Positions 22,301 to 36,115 of a DNA stretch of 64,000 nt are shown piece by piece. The DNA comes from Azolla caroliniana. Taxonomy: Eukaryota > Plantae > Polypodiophyta. Location: contig JBHGNT010000001.1 of NCBI GenBank assembly GCA_043228905.1, positions 6,448,001 through 6,512,000 on the forward strand, written 5' to 3'. A program made the translations under genes and the position numbers. Numbering within the stretch: the stretch's first letter is position 1; each line of letters opens with the position of its first letter. The notes beneath the pieces are model-generated. The model worked only from the letters and a program-made list of their open reading frames with translations. It was not told the origin of the DNA and did not search any database.

Positions 22301-25300
22301 ACTTAATAGAAACCCAGTCAGTTACTACAAAACGAAATATTCATTTATCATGTCCTCCATTTAATCAAGACAGTACCTCATCTGACGTGTCTGCTAGGGA
22401 ATCAAGTAAAGGTGTGAATAACGACTGAAAATAAGATAGAACCTGTTGAAAGCAAAACCTTATCTCTCTCAACAACGATTTGCTATTCTCTCTAGCAGTC
22501 TCCCTTTCTCCCTTTTTAGTTTTTGTGAACAACACTAAGATATGAAGTCAAAAAACAACCAGCAATGCATAAAAAACACTGAACCAAGGTGCATAACATT
22601 GGAGGACTGATGTGCCGAATGGGGTATATTCCAGATGAAAACAGGAGCTACTTCCACGGTAACATTACTATAGACCTTTCAGGCACTTCCTCTCGAGTCA
22701 GCATAACAATATGCCCCAATGGTGGATAAGATTAATACCATGTTGTGCATTGACGAGGAAGCAATTCACAAGCCCAAGAAGTGAAAGAAAATCCATGACA
22801 AACAAAGAGTTTTGAGATAGCATTCATAGCATGAAGTGAGGAAGCCATACACAATTGTCAAGATCTTGAGTTCGCTATTGAAGGTAGATTTTCATCTACT
22901 GCTTCACAGAGCGTTATTTATCATTTTATCCATCGTATTGTTAATGATGACGTGCCACAAGATCATGTGTGCATGAGTATGCTTATTTATTTCACTTGAG
23001 TTCTGGTGTGAACGTGGACATACACAGCAACAGGGCAGGGGTATTATTCTCCTCAACTGAGAATAGACACTGGACTGGATAATATACACATATAGCTTAG
23101 GACCATGCCAGCTGTACCCAAAACAGATGTGCTACCAGACTGCGCTACATCTCATGCTTGCTAGGTTGCTTCCTAGCAATGGTTCCACGAATTATAGAAG
23201 TTACTGAGAATAGACACTGGACTGGATAATATACACATATAGCTTAGGACCATGCCAGCTGTACCCAAAACAGATGTGCTACCAGACTGCGCTACATCTC
23301 ATGCTTGCTAGGTTGCTTCCCAGCAATGGTTCCACGAATTATAGAAGTTACTGAGAATAGACACTGGACTGGATAATATACACATATAGCTTAGGACCAT
23401 GCCAGCTGTACCCAAAACAGATGTGCTACCAGACTGCGCTACATCTCATGCTTGCTAGGTTGCTTCCCAGCAATGGTTCCACGAATTATAGAAGTTACCA
23501 TTGGAATGGCCAGCCAAAATTAACACTAGAATATTTGACAAGCCTATGGATTTTTTTCATCAACAATCAACTTAATCATTTCTGCAGTGGAGCACATTCC
23601 AGAGGAAGAAAATGCAATATATGACAATAAGTGAAAGATGCTGGGAGAAAGAAAGAAAGAAAACCTCTGTTCGGTGTCTCTGCAAAAGCACAAAAATCCA
23701 TTGTAATGCTTCAAGCCTCGTTTCAACATGATCACTTTTCAACTCCCTGAAATCCATAACTATAACAATCAAATGTTGCCAAAAAACATACTAGATATAG
23801 TTAAATTTGCATACAGCCAACACACGTCAGATTGCTGAGAAGGAACGTGCATACCAAACCTCAGGAGTCTGTACCGCAGTATAATGACACTGAGGCCCAA
23901 ATAAAAAGAACAGCATGAATGCCCACTATCGGCACTAAGATCATGCACAGTGAAGCAGACAACACAGTGGCTTATAGCTACAGGCCTTATTTACAAGTTA
24001 AAAATGCATGACTGAATGAGGCATGAAGGCAATAACTGTGGCATAATGGCATCCATAGTCCAATCAATATGTATCTCCCAATTCACACAGAACAACAAAG
24101 AAAGAAACCATAGCAGGTGGCGATAAATACAAGTGTGACATGCAAACTGAAACCACAAAATAAACCTTGCTGTGGTTATCCCTCTTAAGATAAGATATTG
24201 AGAAGCCCATTAGTGGAAAGAAACCTAAATACCTCATCCAAGATTCTTGCCAACAAAAGAGACAGCAGGAACAGCAGCAGGTCAGTTTTCCCAAGATGTG
24301 TTACCTGCGAAGAATCTACAACACCAAAACCACCTTGGGCAAAACAAGTTGCGGATAACAACTGGGAGGTTGCGATTTCAGTCAGGCAATGATTGTGGAT
24401 ACAAAGCTCATCATAAATGATCGATACCAAGGAAATGGGTCATTACTGGTCCAGGCTGGAAAGATCCCGCTCCAGCAAACCCTTGGGAATCAGGCAAATG
24501 AGACTAGAGCAAATAGGAGGTAAAATGGATGGACCAAATATCATTAAATGCTGCATAGTAGAGTAGACAGATGAAATCAAAGTACTCCAAGAACTGTCCA
24601 TAAGTTCTTCATCCCCTGGATCAGAACCGGGCTCTATCCTCCAAATCGCATAAAGCAATTCTACTTTCATGAAGGAAAACTGAAGGAAGTCTAGGATACC
24701 TGGAGAGCCAACTAAGAGTACATATGATCTTATCTCCATCCCTGATCCGAGGCATGGTAATCATTAACTCAATTGCAAGAACTCTAAAATAAATCTATGA
24801 TTATACCAATCACAGCAAACACTAGCAGTAATCTCGGATTCAAGAAACGCAACCTGTTTATTAGTGAAGTCCAAGTAGATCATTCCAATTACCTGAAGAG
24901 GTTTACCCAGGCTCAGGATCATGGTTATCCAATAAGGAAACGCACGTGTCGAATAATTATTAACTTGAAATCGCGGTGGCTTAGAAAGGGGTCTTAAATG
25001 TAGACAAAATAATAAGTTTTAGAGATGCGTCAACAAAATTGAGAAAGAATGTCTTTTAGAAAAAAAATTATTTAATATTATGTCACAGAGACTATTCATA
25101 TGTTCTCAATCTGGTGTCTGGTGTTCAAAGCTTCTCAATTATAGGTGTTGATCATAGATAATGTGATTCGATTACCATCAATGTATTGAATCAAACTTCT
25201 ATGACAGTATGCAGCATACCATGATACCATGCTATCACTTAGGATGTAAGGTGAGATTCCAAAACTCTATGGAAAAACAGATTTACTAATTGATCCATCA

Positions 25301-28300
25301 AGATGTGATATCAGAGGAATACTATGTTTTATCATGGTAGTGTTTTCAATTAAATAAGCAAAAGATATCCTCGCATCTTTAATCTTTGACACCTGATGCC
25401 CTTTTGCGAAAACCAATATTTAACTATCCAAAGAACATGCAGCGTACATTTCATATCAAAATTTAATCAACATAGATATTTGTTACCAACCTTTGAGCTA
25501 CTTTGAGCACTGCCTCAATGTTAAAACTATGAGTCTCGACTTTGATTGCCCGAAGTTCCTCATTTGTTTCTTTAGCGACCTGGTTTGTAAGTTTTTTTTG
25601 TGTTATATGATGATCATATAACAGCAGGCCAACACCTATGACAACATGAGATGCAGAGAAGTGCACAATCTTACCGCTTTAATTTTCTCCTCCTTATCTG
25701 ATATACATGGCAATATTGAACCAAGAATATTATCAAAGTATGGAACAAGCTGCTCACGCCCAAGTTTTACAAACTCATTGATCTGTTGACAATACATTTT
25801 TTTTAAATCACTAGCATAAATTCCATATTTACATAACATACAGGAGCTCTATAGCTTCATGAAAGGAAATACTAAGAGGAATTGCATGTATGTAAACCCT
25901 ACCCAAGTGATTGCAGTTTGCCTTGTGAACTCATCTGGTGATCCTGCTCTTTGTAATAAGATTTCGGCCATTTTCCCATAATTAACAGACTAAGGAAAAA
26001 GAATCACTTATGTTAGTTGAAATGTGGAAAAGACAAGTTTACAAACTTTTTAAAACTGATCTTGTCAGAAATACCGGAGAGTTCTTAATCTCTTGCAAAA
26101 ACTCAGAAAGAGCTGAATCTGCTTGTTGCCGAATCTCATGACTTGTGTCACTCAACATATTAAATAAACCTGAGGATACACTTCCAAACATCTCAAACAT
26201 ATAAAAAACATACAACTTCCAAATGTAAAACTGCACTTACCATCAAGAAAGTCTGGAAGGAATCCTAACATATCAATATCTGGAACACTATCTAAAACAG
26301 TGATCCATCCAACCAAGAACTGTCGCACATAAGGATTCAACACATTCATGTGATCCTTCAAGCGTGGTATAAATGCTTCGATGCTAGAAAGCAAGATGCA
26401 TTCAAAATTTTAGTCAGACAATAAATACCATGACTACAACAGTTAATCATTAAAACACTGCAATTTGTGAGCATCATACCTGAACTGATCACTTTCAGTG
26501 ACAATATCCTGCATAAAACAATGGGTTACTATGAATCTATGGGAAAAGGCATACACTGCATCTGCATAGACAAAAGGATTTTCACAATACTCTAACAGAA
26601 AGAAGAATATATCAGCTAGCAAACCTTCACAAGCCTGTCAAGAAGGTGCGCTGCACTTTGCACACTACCATCACTATCTGCTGAAAGCTTACAAAGCGCA
26701 TCGAAGATTTGATTGAAGAAGGAAATAAAATCTCCTCTGGCTACCTGCCAGAAGAGATATCATAACATGCAATAAACAATGGTTTTATAAATCGCATAGC
26801 AAATGTGAGTAAACTTACTTTTGCTATATTGTACAGTGCCTCACATGCATAGTACCGAACCCGACTCTCTGGATCTTGCAATGATATAAGAACAGGTTGC
26901 ACAATTTTCTGCCATACAAGAAATCACACTTGTCGATTAATTCAATGGAAAAGAACAATTAACAAATTATTTTACCGAAGGCAAGAAGTATATTTCCCCA
27001 ATGATTCTAAAAATGTTATATTGGACCCACCAAGCTGGACAGAGATGTATGAACGTCTAATAAACCAATATGGCCTATGAGACCCAGCATACAGAGATGT
27101 ATTTATATCTCCACATAAATCCATTGACAAATATTTCCACATATAAAATGTATGATTAGTAAATATCACCTAGAGTGTACGCAAATATATACAGTCATCC
27201 TTGCAAGACGTGATCCTGGTCTGTAGTCTGAATTATGTAACCAGATATCTTATCGATGTACAATCCAAAGAGAATGAAAGATGGAATCCTTGTTTCGACC
27301 ACTAGAACAAGCCATTGCATCTGAGTCTTGCAAGCTCATCAGGATGACAGACTTGACCATATACCAACTCATATAGAACATAAATTGATAGAAGAATGTC
27401 AAACTCAACTATTAAGTTAAATATGAAATATGAAACCATCCACTGGCATGTTGTGTGACTCAAATTATACTTCATAACCTGCGCAATTGGAAAGCGGATA
27501 AAGAAAGAAAAGGCTTACCGGAAGATGTTGTATGGCTTCACTACCCAAACCAACTGTTGCTGCAGCCAGGCTAATTAATCCTCCCTGTGGCATAAAGCAT
27601 TAATATGGGCACTTATTCAGCAACAGAGACAAAGCAATTATGTGTGGCTGCTCCCACAAAAGCAATGAGAATAAACAAAAACAGATAGTTAATGTTGTAA
27701 TACGTTGATATAGTTGACAAACGGTGGAATTACTTCTACCTTCCGATGATTTGCCAAAGGTGACGAAACAAAATCCTTTTCCAGTGTGTCGATGATGTTA
27801 GATATTCGCTCATGGTCACCAGAGGCTGTGAGTTGCCTTATAATAGTTTCCACCTTAAACCAAGACAGATTATATAATAAAGAACACAGGAAAAAATATA
27901 AAATATCAACATTATGTCTTATTATTTCCTCCTATAAGCAACCACCTTTATGGCTAGTGCTGAATTATTCAACCATCTTACATGCCTAGAACCATATGAC
28001 AAAACTATAAAAAATTCCATCAGCAAATTCATTTTTTGACCAACATAACTCGTGCTGTATCACTATGTTTTCAATCGGTAAGGCCAAGAAAAATGATGTA
28101 TTGTTATTTGCTATTAAGAATGAGATTTATCTCCACATCAAAGAGAAGCTAACAAATCCATAGAATGAGAATATTGGACAGTCCTAGATAACATAAATGT
28201 AGCTGAACATTGACATAAATGGGACTAAGTAATTGAATCAAATAAACCCACCTACAAATCTACGTCCATTTGCCCAAGCAACATCATGATCTTTCCCTGC

Positions 28301-29390
28301 TCTTTTGTATTGAGATTCTATGCTCCCATGCTTAAACCATCTATCTAGTTCTTGTGCAAAAGCACTCAAATGTTTCTTGCTCTCTTCCCCGTTTACCGTC
28401 AAGTTTTCATCTTTTTACTCATTGTTCTCATTTGCAAGAGGGGCATTACATACCAAGGTGTGAGCAATTAAGATCATCTGAAAATGCTTTCCGAACATAA
28501 ACTACCGTGTTCGTCAACCTCCCACAACTTCTCCAAGTCATACATATCAAAAGCCGTCATTGAAGCACATGGTATGGTCTCTATCGGACCGTAGGAGTGA
28601 GCTTAAGAAAAACACATCAGCCACATCTGGCTACATCCTTTGCACCTGCGGAGGAAACTCTCTTGCAATGCTCCTTTGGGTCTCGTTAGCCATATTTCTG
28701 GCCTTGTGAGAAAATTATCATCATTTTGTCTCTCTCAAAGACACTTCCACTAATGGAAGAATTTGGACATTCTACTATCATAAACTTCTATGGTCAGAGA
28801 TGTTTGGATCTGCCTTTGCTAGAGATCTGTGCATTTTGAGAGTCATTCGCAAGGAGTAGACTCCTAGCAGAGTTTTGTACAAAGACATATTTCAGACTTC
28901 TTCAAAAGTTCGTACCAAGAAACCTTACAGCAGGCAAAACCAAAACCTGCTTGGTTGCTTGACCGAGCAGGGATACATAGCATCATCTTCAGAGTCAGAG
29001 CATAATTTAGAAGGAAGTTCATGGGCTGATCTACTCACATTCTACTTTCCCCATACATATAGCTATTTAATATATTGCATCCTCCCAAGTACTTGTATCA
29101 AGTGTTGGTACAACTTAATTTTGCCTTATTTCACCAGACATTGGGAGGTTCGGGAGGTTCCGCAGTTTAAGATTCATGCAATGTAACTGTTGGTCTCATA
29201 TGTAACTTTAGCATTTTGAAGATAGTAATATGACATTTCACTTCTCATACACATACACGTCATATGCATCATACATATACACACATAACCATGTGCATAC
29301 CTCAAGGGCCGCATTCTTCCGCTTCTCGTAGAGCTTGTCGGAGAGGTTCCGCATGACAGAGGAAGGTAGAATGGGCGTAGCGTCGGCCAT
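19355..29390 (-). CDS. VAC14: VAC14 homolog (HEAT-repeat scaffold of the FAB1/FIG4 PI(3,5)P2 complex); about 20 coding exons
   Basis: Start [30 protein letters not shown] (29390-29301). Further exons encode '[14 protein letters not shown]', '[19 protein letters not shown]', '[32 protein letters not shown]', '[34 protein letters not shown]', 'TRLEALQW', 'GTLIIRQLC', '[11 protein letters not shown]', '[21 protein letters not shown]', '[26 protein letters not shown]', '[19 protein letters not shown]'. Last exon ~19442-19355 ends VGWRS*. Confidence 0.96.
23056..23496. repeat. Three near-identical 147-bp tandem units in a VAC14 intron
   Basis: Units start with 'actgagaatagacactggactgg' at 23056, 23203 and 23350. 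Only one difference noticed (ttcctagc vs ttcccagc). Confidence 0.95.
23112..23154 (-). pseudogene. 5' part of a mitochondrial-type tRNA-Pro(UGG), a NUMT-like fragment; repeated at +147 and +294
   Basis: Minus strand TGAGATGTAGCGCAGTCTGGTAGCACATCTGTTTTGGGTACAG versus plant mt trnP as recalled (CGAGGTGTAGCGCAGTCTGGTCAGCGCATCTGTTTTGGGTACAG). The anticodon arm CTGT-TTTGGGT-ACAG is intact; the T-arm and 3' acceptor strand are missing. Confidence 0.75.
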
Positions 29391-32300
29391 TTTTTTGAAA
29401 CAAAAGCATGTGTGGATTTCTTCTTCTTTTAGAAGCAGAACACAAGACAAAACTCGAAATTTTTAGGGTTTCATAGCTAAGCTACACATCATCTCGATCT
29501 TCCAAGATTTCCCACAGCTCTTCTTGTCATTAAACTCCTTTTCTGTCTCTGTACAGAGACCCGTTTCATGGATCGGAGAAATTAACACACACGCACACAA
29601 GAGACTGCCTTCTGAGGTCAGAATTCCATGAGATCGAAATAACCCACAACAGAATTTCAAAGAATCCTCGGAAAAAAAACACCGCCCACTTTGGGATTTG
29701 ACATCAATCCATCGAATTTTGCATGTTTTATTTGTTCTTCTCCTCCTTTCTTTCTTCCTTTCTTCCTTCCTTCCTTCCTTCCTTCTTCTTTCTTCTTTCT
29801 TCTTCTTCTCTTTCTCTTTTATTTTTTGTTTTAACTTTATTCTTTGTTCAATACATTATACATATACATATATTCCTCCTCCTCCTTTTTGCTTCTCTTT
29901 TTTGCTTGCTTGCTTCTTTTGTTATGTTTGGATTATAGGCCTAGTAGGGCCTAGCTAGGCTATCTAGAGGATTACAACTTTGATTTTTACATACTTCCAA
30001 GAATCTCTTTCTCTAATTAAAGGCATGTCTTTCCTTGGTGGTTCGCCGAGGGACGGCCAGGGGCCAAGGCATTCTCACACACGGCCTTCATGTGCACACA
30101 GCCAACGTAAAACCATCCACACCAATCCAACCAAGACATGCACTCTTTTGAAGACAGAGCTTTCTATCGATTCCATGCTACTGCTTCGCCCTGATGGTTC
30201 AATTCAATTGTTCGAGATATCTATGATAAAAATGCACCACCTGCTCACTAACTTCTACGTGTGTTGAAACTCCCAGTTGTGCGCCGCATTTCTACAACCT
30301 CCACGTATTGTTGTGTCGGTGGAGACTTTGCTTGTGATTTCGTTCGCTCGGTTTTGTTGCCACAAAATGATGTTGGGAACGTTTCGCTCACCACCGACCC
30401 GTTGCCTTTGTGAGTTGATTGGTTGTTAACATTTTCAAGTTTTGGTGGCTGCGTCTTGTGACCCATGCCTTAGATGGTTTGCATTCACCTAAATCTTCAT
30501 TATTGCCTTTCATCCTATCCAATTTTAATTCGTTGATTCTTCTAGATAATCTCTTTGGTGATTTTTTCATGTGATAATTATCATCTAATCAATTCATACA
30601 TATACTACGCTAAGTTTCATTCAAAATCATCTAGCAAATTAAACTATGCTCCTCCAATTCTTCACTACTATCATTGGTTGATTTTTATTCTTTCATTTGT
30701 TTGGACCTATTACTTGTTTACCGCATCAAATAAGTCAAAGTGATAGCAAATTCTCTTTGTATATTTCCTCCACCAATATGAGGCATGTGGCAATGTACAA
30801 TTGTTATTGGCAATGCTTTTGGGATATATGTGTGTACATATGTGACAGCCTAAGAGCAATTGGGAAAAACGTAAAAATTTGTGTTGAAATTTTTAAGATA
30901 TTTGAAAGTGTCCATGTATCGTGTAAATCGCTTTAAACATAATATAAACCATTGTTGGGAAAAAAAACCCTCGAGCTTTAGTGTTTTAGATTTATTATCT
31001 CATACTATAGTGAAGCAAGCCCATTTTGTCCTATCATACTATTTATCACCTATTGAAATTTACCTATTTTGACTCTTGCAAGAAAGTAGAGCAAATTAAA
31101 GGTGTATATCTTCATAGCCCCTTCTGAAATTCAAAAGTAAATAGGATAATCACATACTTTATTGTTGGTTGGTCTAAAACACAAAGACATTAAAATTCAA
31201 TGTGTGTAGTGTTTGGCATGTTCATTGTTATAAGTTAACTAAGATGTGACATTTTTCTTGCACATAAAATAGTGATTGGGGCATCAACCTTTCAAAGAAA
31301 TTGACATAATCATAAGTCTCAATGCTTAACGCTCATGCTTGGCATGAGTCATCATCATCCATTCAAGGACACTTGCTAGTTGATTTCAAACGATAATATT
31401 CAAGCATGCACGAACAAGGGGCAAACCAAATGTGACAAGTTTGCAAATTCTTTAGTTTGGCTATGATAATTTCAAGCATATTGCATCACTCTATAGTCCA
31501 TTCATCCTAGTGCCTGGATTTAGTCAAAGACTCTACTAGTGTTCACCTTGTCCTATGATTACTAAATACGAGTTGCATAAGAAATCCTTTGACATGTGCT
31601 CAATATTACTTGGATCCAACGCTTCTAAAAGTTGAACAATATTAGTGCTCGAGTTGCATAAGAAAACCTTTCACACGTGATTGATATTAGCTTGGAGCCA
31701 ACTTTTCTAAAAGACGAACAATATTAAGCATCCTGAAAGGAAACATGATGTTCTTATGTATCCACAAGGATTCAATTTTACTCTAAAAATGTATTTCTCA
31801 CAAAACTTCCCCCTTTTGCAATTAACTCACAAATGTTCCTTAACAATTGGCTTTATTTGAAGTTTTCAAGGTTCACAATGCATTCCATGATGGTAGGTTT
31901 GAGAAAAAATTGGGTGGACATTGACAAACAACCCAATCTCATGAGAAGGAAAAAATACACTATTCTAAGAGAAAATGGCGCAACATTATGTTAGTTGGAC
32001 AATTTGGTTCATGGCAATAATACATGAACAATATATGAGAAATGTAAATATTGGGCTCACGGGAAAAATACATGATTGATACATGGGAATCACGATTATA
32101 TGATTTAAGTTCTCCCTTTAAAAAGGGAGAATAACAAAAGAGTGAATTCAAAATTTCAATATGTAACAATATATTTTCTTGGCAATAAAAAAAGTTATGG
32201 AAGGAAAATGTCATGACCATATATTGATTGGATGCATGCACAACCACTCTAAGTGAGACATCAAGAACGTAGGCCAGGAACACATGGGCACATGCATGCA

Positions 32301-32479
32301 TTGGTTGGCCATGTTCGAGACTTTGGAGGTTAGCAATTTCAATCCTTGCTTTGCAAGATTCCCTTTTGAAACTAGACACACATGAAATTCCACTTGATGA
32401 CCAATCTGATAGAAAGTGCACATCACACTGTTGTTCACTTATTTTTCCATTATGTTTATTCTCTTTCTCTCTCACACTT

Positions 32480-32492
32480 TCACACACACACA

Positions 32493-32534
<42 letters not shown>
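32480..32534. repeat. Compound (CA)n(CT)n microsatellite
   Basis: Seen directly. Confidence 0.9.
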
Positions 32535-32539
<5 letters not shown>

Positions 32540-35097
32540 ATTAACACTCGAGGGTTGTCTATCTTAAAAATGAACTATCTCTCATGGTAGCAGGTTATAG
32601 CATGTCTCCTATCTGCAATGAATTAACTTGTACTCAAATTTAACTATCATGATTAATTTGTGATAATGACCCTATGAAATGAAATATAGGGGTTTAATTA
32701 CCTGAGTTTTTTCTTCCATCCAATTGTGATGGAGATATTATTAGCCCACACATGGGGAATACGTATTTATTGGTCAAGGAGCCAATGACATTGCTCCGTC
32801 CCATCTATCCAAGATATGAGATATATGAGATATCCAATATTTGTAGGTTAGTTATAACCATTTTTGTCACAAGAACACTAAATGTGTTATGTAACATGTT
32901 GTGTCGAAGTCCCAACACTTAAATGGACTACACAATTAACAACGTGGCACTACAAGACTTTAGAGTTTATCATACCACGTGCAATGCTCGTCGTTTCCAT
33001 GCAAGTACTTGACAAACTCTCCCAATGGTAATGTTTGAAACACCTACATTGTAACATATTAAATATATAGTCTACCATAAGAGCTTCCAAACTCAAAGGG
33101 ACAACCCTCTTGCTCTTTGGTGTACAACCGGGTTGGCATTCCGCCAAAGTCATGCCAAATGAAGATGTGTTGTTCGAAAGATCAAGATAACAAATTCTTG
33201 ATGAAGGGATTTCAATACCTATGATAACAAAGTCACAATTGTCCAAAATATGAAATTTTAAGTATTGTTAACTTGATACCAATATTAGAGGGGATATCCA
33301 CTTACACACTTGTACAATTGACGCATAAATACTCATGGGACATTCATATATGGTGACATACATGCTATATATGTTTGTTCCAAAACCTATCATTACAAAC
33401 TTAGGTAAACAAATGGACGGTCAATTATCTTAATCGATGCATATGTCTTGCAAAATAATACTCAGCCTTGACACAATGACTTGGTAGGAGATTAAACCCA
33501 ATAGTATCACTTGCGTCAACATTTCACAATGTATCACAAAAATAAAACAGGAAGCAATACCAAATAATAAGATGTTGATCTCTCTCTCTGGACTCAATAA
33601 TGAACCTTAGAAATGCATTACTCTAATGTATGAGTTGTGTTGGTTCCTCAAGAGAAACTTGATTAAAAAGGGGCATATACCCAATCCTACATAGACTTTG
33701 GGAGAAACATTCATAGGGACTCAACCCTCCTTATAAGAGGCTATATATGGTCAACTTTATTGTAATTATGTGACTGTCACCGCTCTCGAAGGACAATGAG
33801 CACATGTATATTTCTAAGATCCATACAATTGAATTGTGGTGGTTTCATACACTTGCCACATTGATTGCTCTTTACATAGTAGAATTCCAGGGACAAGGTA
33901 TTCATGAGGAAAATATTTATAGGGATTTAGAGAGACCTTTAGTCTCAATGCTTGGTCATATATAAACAACATAGCACCAATGTGTTGTCATGATTCAAGT
34001 TGAAATGAAGTTGACACAATAATCATTGAGGCATAATTCCAATCAATGACTAGTATGGCTTTGGGATATCCCAAAATGAAGGTATTCGTGTCATCAAACC
34101 ACTTGTTGGACATGGAGATAATTATTGTCGACACGTTGAAATGCAACAATGGTTTGAGTCACATAACATAAGCATAAATGTACTACAATTTACCCCCACT
34201 CAAATATAACTAGGATTCTCCCCAATGTTTCAACATGACCAAAGTGATCAAACAAGTAGTATCAAATTGGATGAAAGAACACCGATGAATAGAAGTTTTT
34301 CCACTATAAGGCATACTCGTTACACACATAAGACGATGGATATATCATCCGACCCACTTATATACATATAAATCGATGGTTGTGTTATGAGGGGAGATTG
34401 GACACTCGTGGACCTCTGCACATCATTTAGATATTGAGGTAGGCAATATGCACATTGATCTCTATAAGAAAGAAATTTCCTATTATTTTATCATAAAGTG
34501 GCATCCAAAGGGTGTTATGTTTGTCAATGTACTAGTTTTTATGAAATAAGTCGGAGATCCCACTGCCTCTTTAACAAAATCTTTGGATCATTACAACAGG
34601 TAATGGAAATGGTGCTTTCCATTGTTCTTGTTAGGACTAAAGAGATGAAGGACAACCGTAGAACCACACTCATCAAAACAACAGAAATCACAACTTTCTT
34701 TAGCTCCATAACTCATGCTCATGTTTAAGGTCAATGGGCTACATGAGCATGCTCCTAATCAAGACATTGTAAAGAAGTTACAATAGATCGGACAATAGCA
34801 AATTGTAGTGCATGTAAGGAGGGGGGAGGCATGATCTCGCCAATGGCAATTGTGTCTCTCGCTTTAGAGATTTCTCCATTCTCGAGTCACCTACGCCAGA
34901 GATTTTCCGAAGACAGAAATCAAAATCTATCTGAATTGAGAATCCCACTTGTGTACGAAGATAAGAAGATTCTTTGGCCACTTATGATTATTATTTAGTT
35001 ACATTTATTTGGTTTGTTGTTCTCAAAGACAACACAACATTTTAAGATGTAATCTGCCGTTTGGTCCTATAGCCTTATATTGGCCATTTTGCATATC

Positions 35098-35134
<37 letters not shown>

Positions 35135-35301
35135 TCGTTTCTGTTGATCTCTGTCGCTCTTAACAAATTCGTAAAGATATTTGTCTGTCCCCTGTTCATT
35201 ATGGTCAAATCTCATTTCCAGTTTCAAATAGCTGAGTTATCCGAGTCTCGGCTCATCTCCTTCTGATTGCCCAACAGAGGTCAAACACACAATCCACTCA
35301 G

Positions 35302-36070
35302 GTATGTTGCTCAAGCAGATCACCACATTTAAGAACTTAATGGGTTCATTCTATTTTCCTTTGATTTTTTTACACATAACATCTATGTAGTTCTGTACCA
35401 TCTCATGTATGTTGCTCAAGCTGATTAATATGTGTAGAAGATTAACGGGTTCATTCCATTACTTCTTTTTTTTAACACATAAAATCTATATGGGTCTTTA
35501 CAGTCTCATCGTGTCTGTTGCCAAGACAAATCACAATGCATCAAAATGAAATTGTTGCATTCCATTTTTCTTAGATTTTTACACATAAAATCTATTTGGC
35601 CTCTGCCATCTAATCATATATGTGACTCAAACATATCGCAATACATATAAAATTAATGGGTTCATTCTATTTCTTTATGTTTACATATAAATTCTATATG
35701 GGTCTTTACAGTATCATCATGTATGTTGCTCAATCAGATCGCAACACATAAAAATCTAACTGCATCATTCTATTTCTTCATGTTTACGCATAAAATCTGT
35801 ATGGGTCTTTACAATCTCATCATGTAAGTTGCTCAAACAGATCACAATAGATAAAATAAATCCATCTTATATATATATATATATATATATATATCTCCTT
35901 CACCATCTCATCGTTTATGTTGCTTAAACAGATGAGAATACATAGGAAAAAATGGCATAATTCTTTTTTCCTTCATATTTATGCATAAAACCATGTATAT
36001 GTTGCTTAAACAGACGAGAATACATAGAAAAAAAAGGATAATTCTGTTTTCCTTCATATTTCTGCATAAA
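35302..36070 (+). repeat. About 8 diverged 80-105 bp tandem units filling a putative 5'-UTR intron (35302-36108)
   Basis: Unit heads 'tatgttgct(c/t)aa.cagat' near 35303, 35408, 35514, 35619, 35722, 35825, 35916 and 35998, with recurring 'ttacacataaaatctat..gg.tct' motifs. Donor CAG|GTATGT at 35302 and acceptor (CT)nCAG at 36108. Confidence 0.8.
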
Positions 36071-36115
36071 ACCACACGGTTCTTACCTTACCTCTCTCTC
36101 TCTCTCAGAGTTACC

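Noticed and set aside
31960-32590. 195-aa and neighbouring ORFs
   Set aside because: They start in or cross the (CA)n(CT)n microsatellite and show no protein-family features
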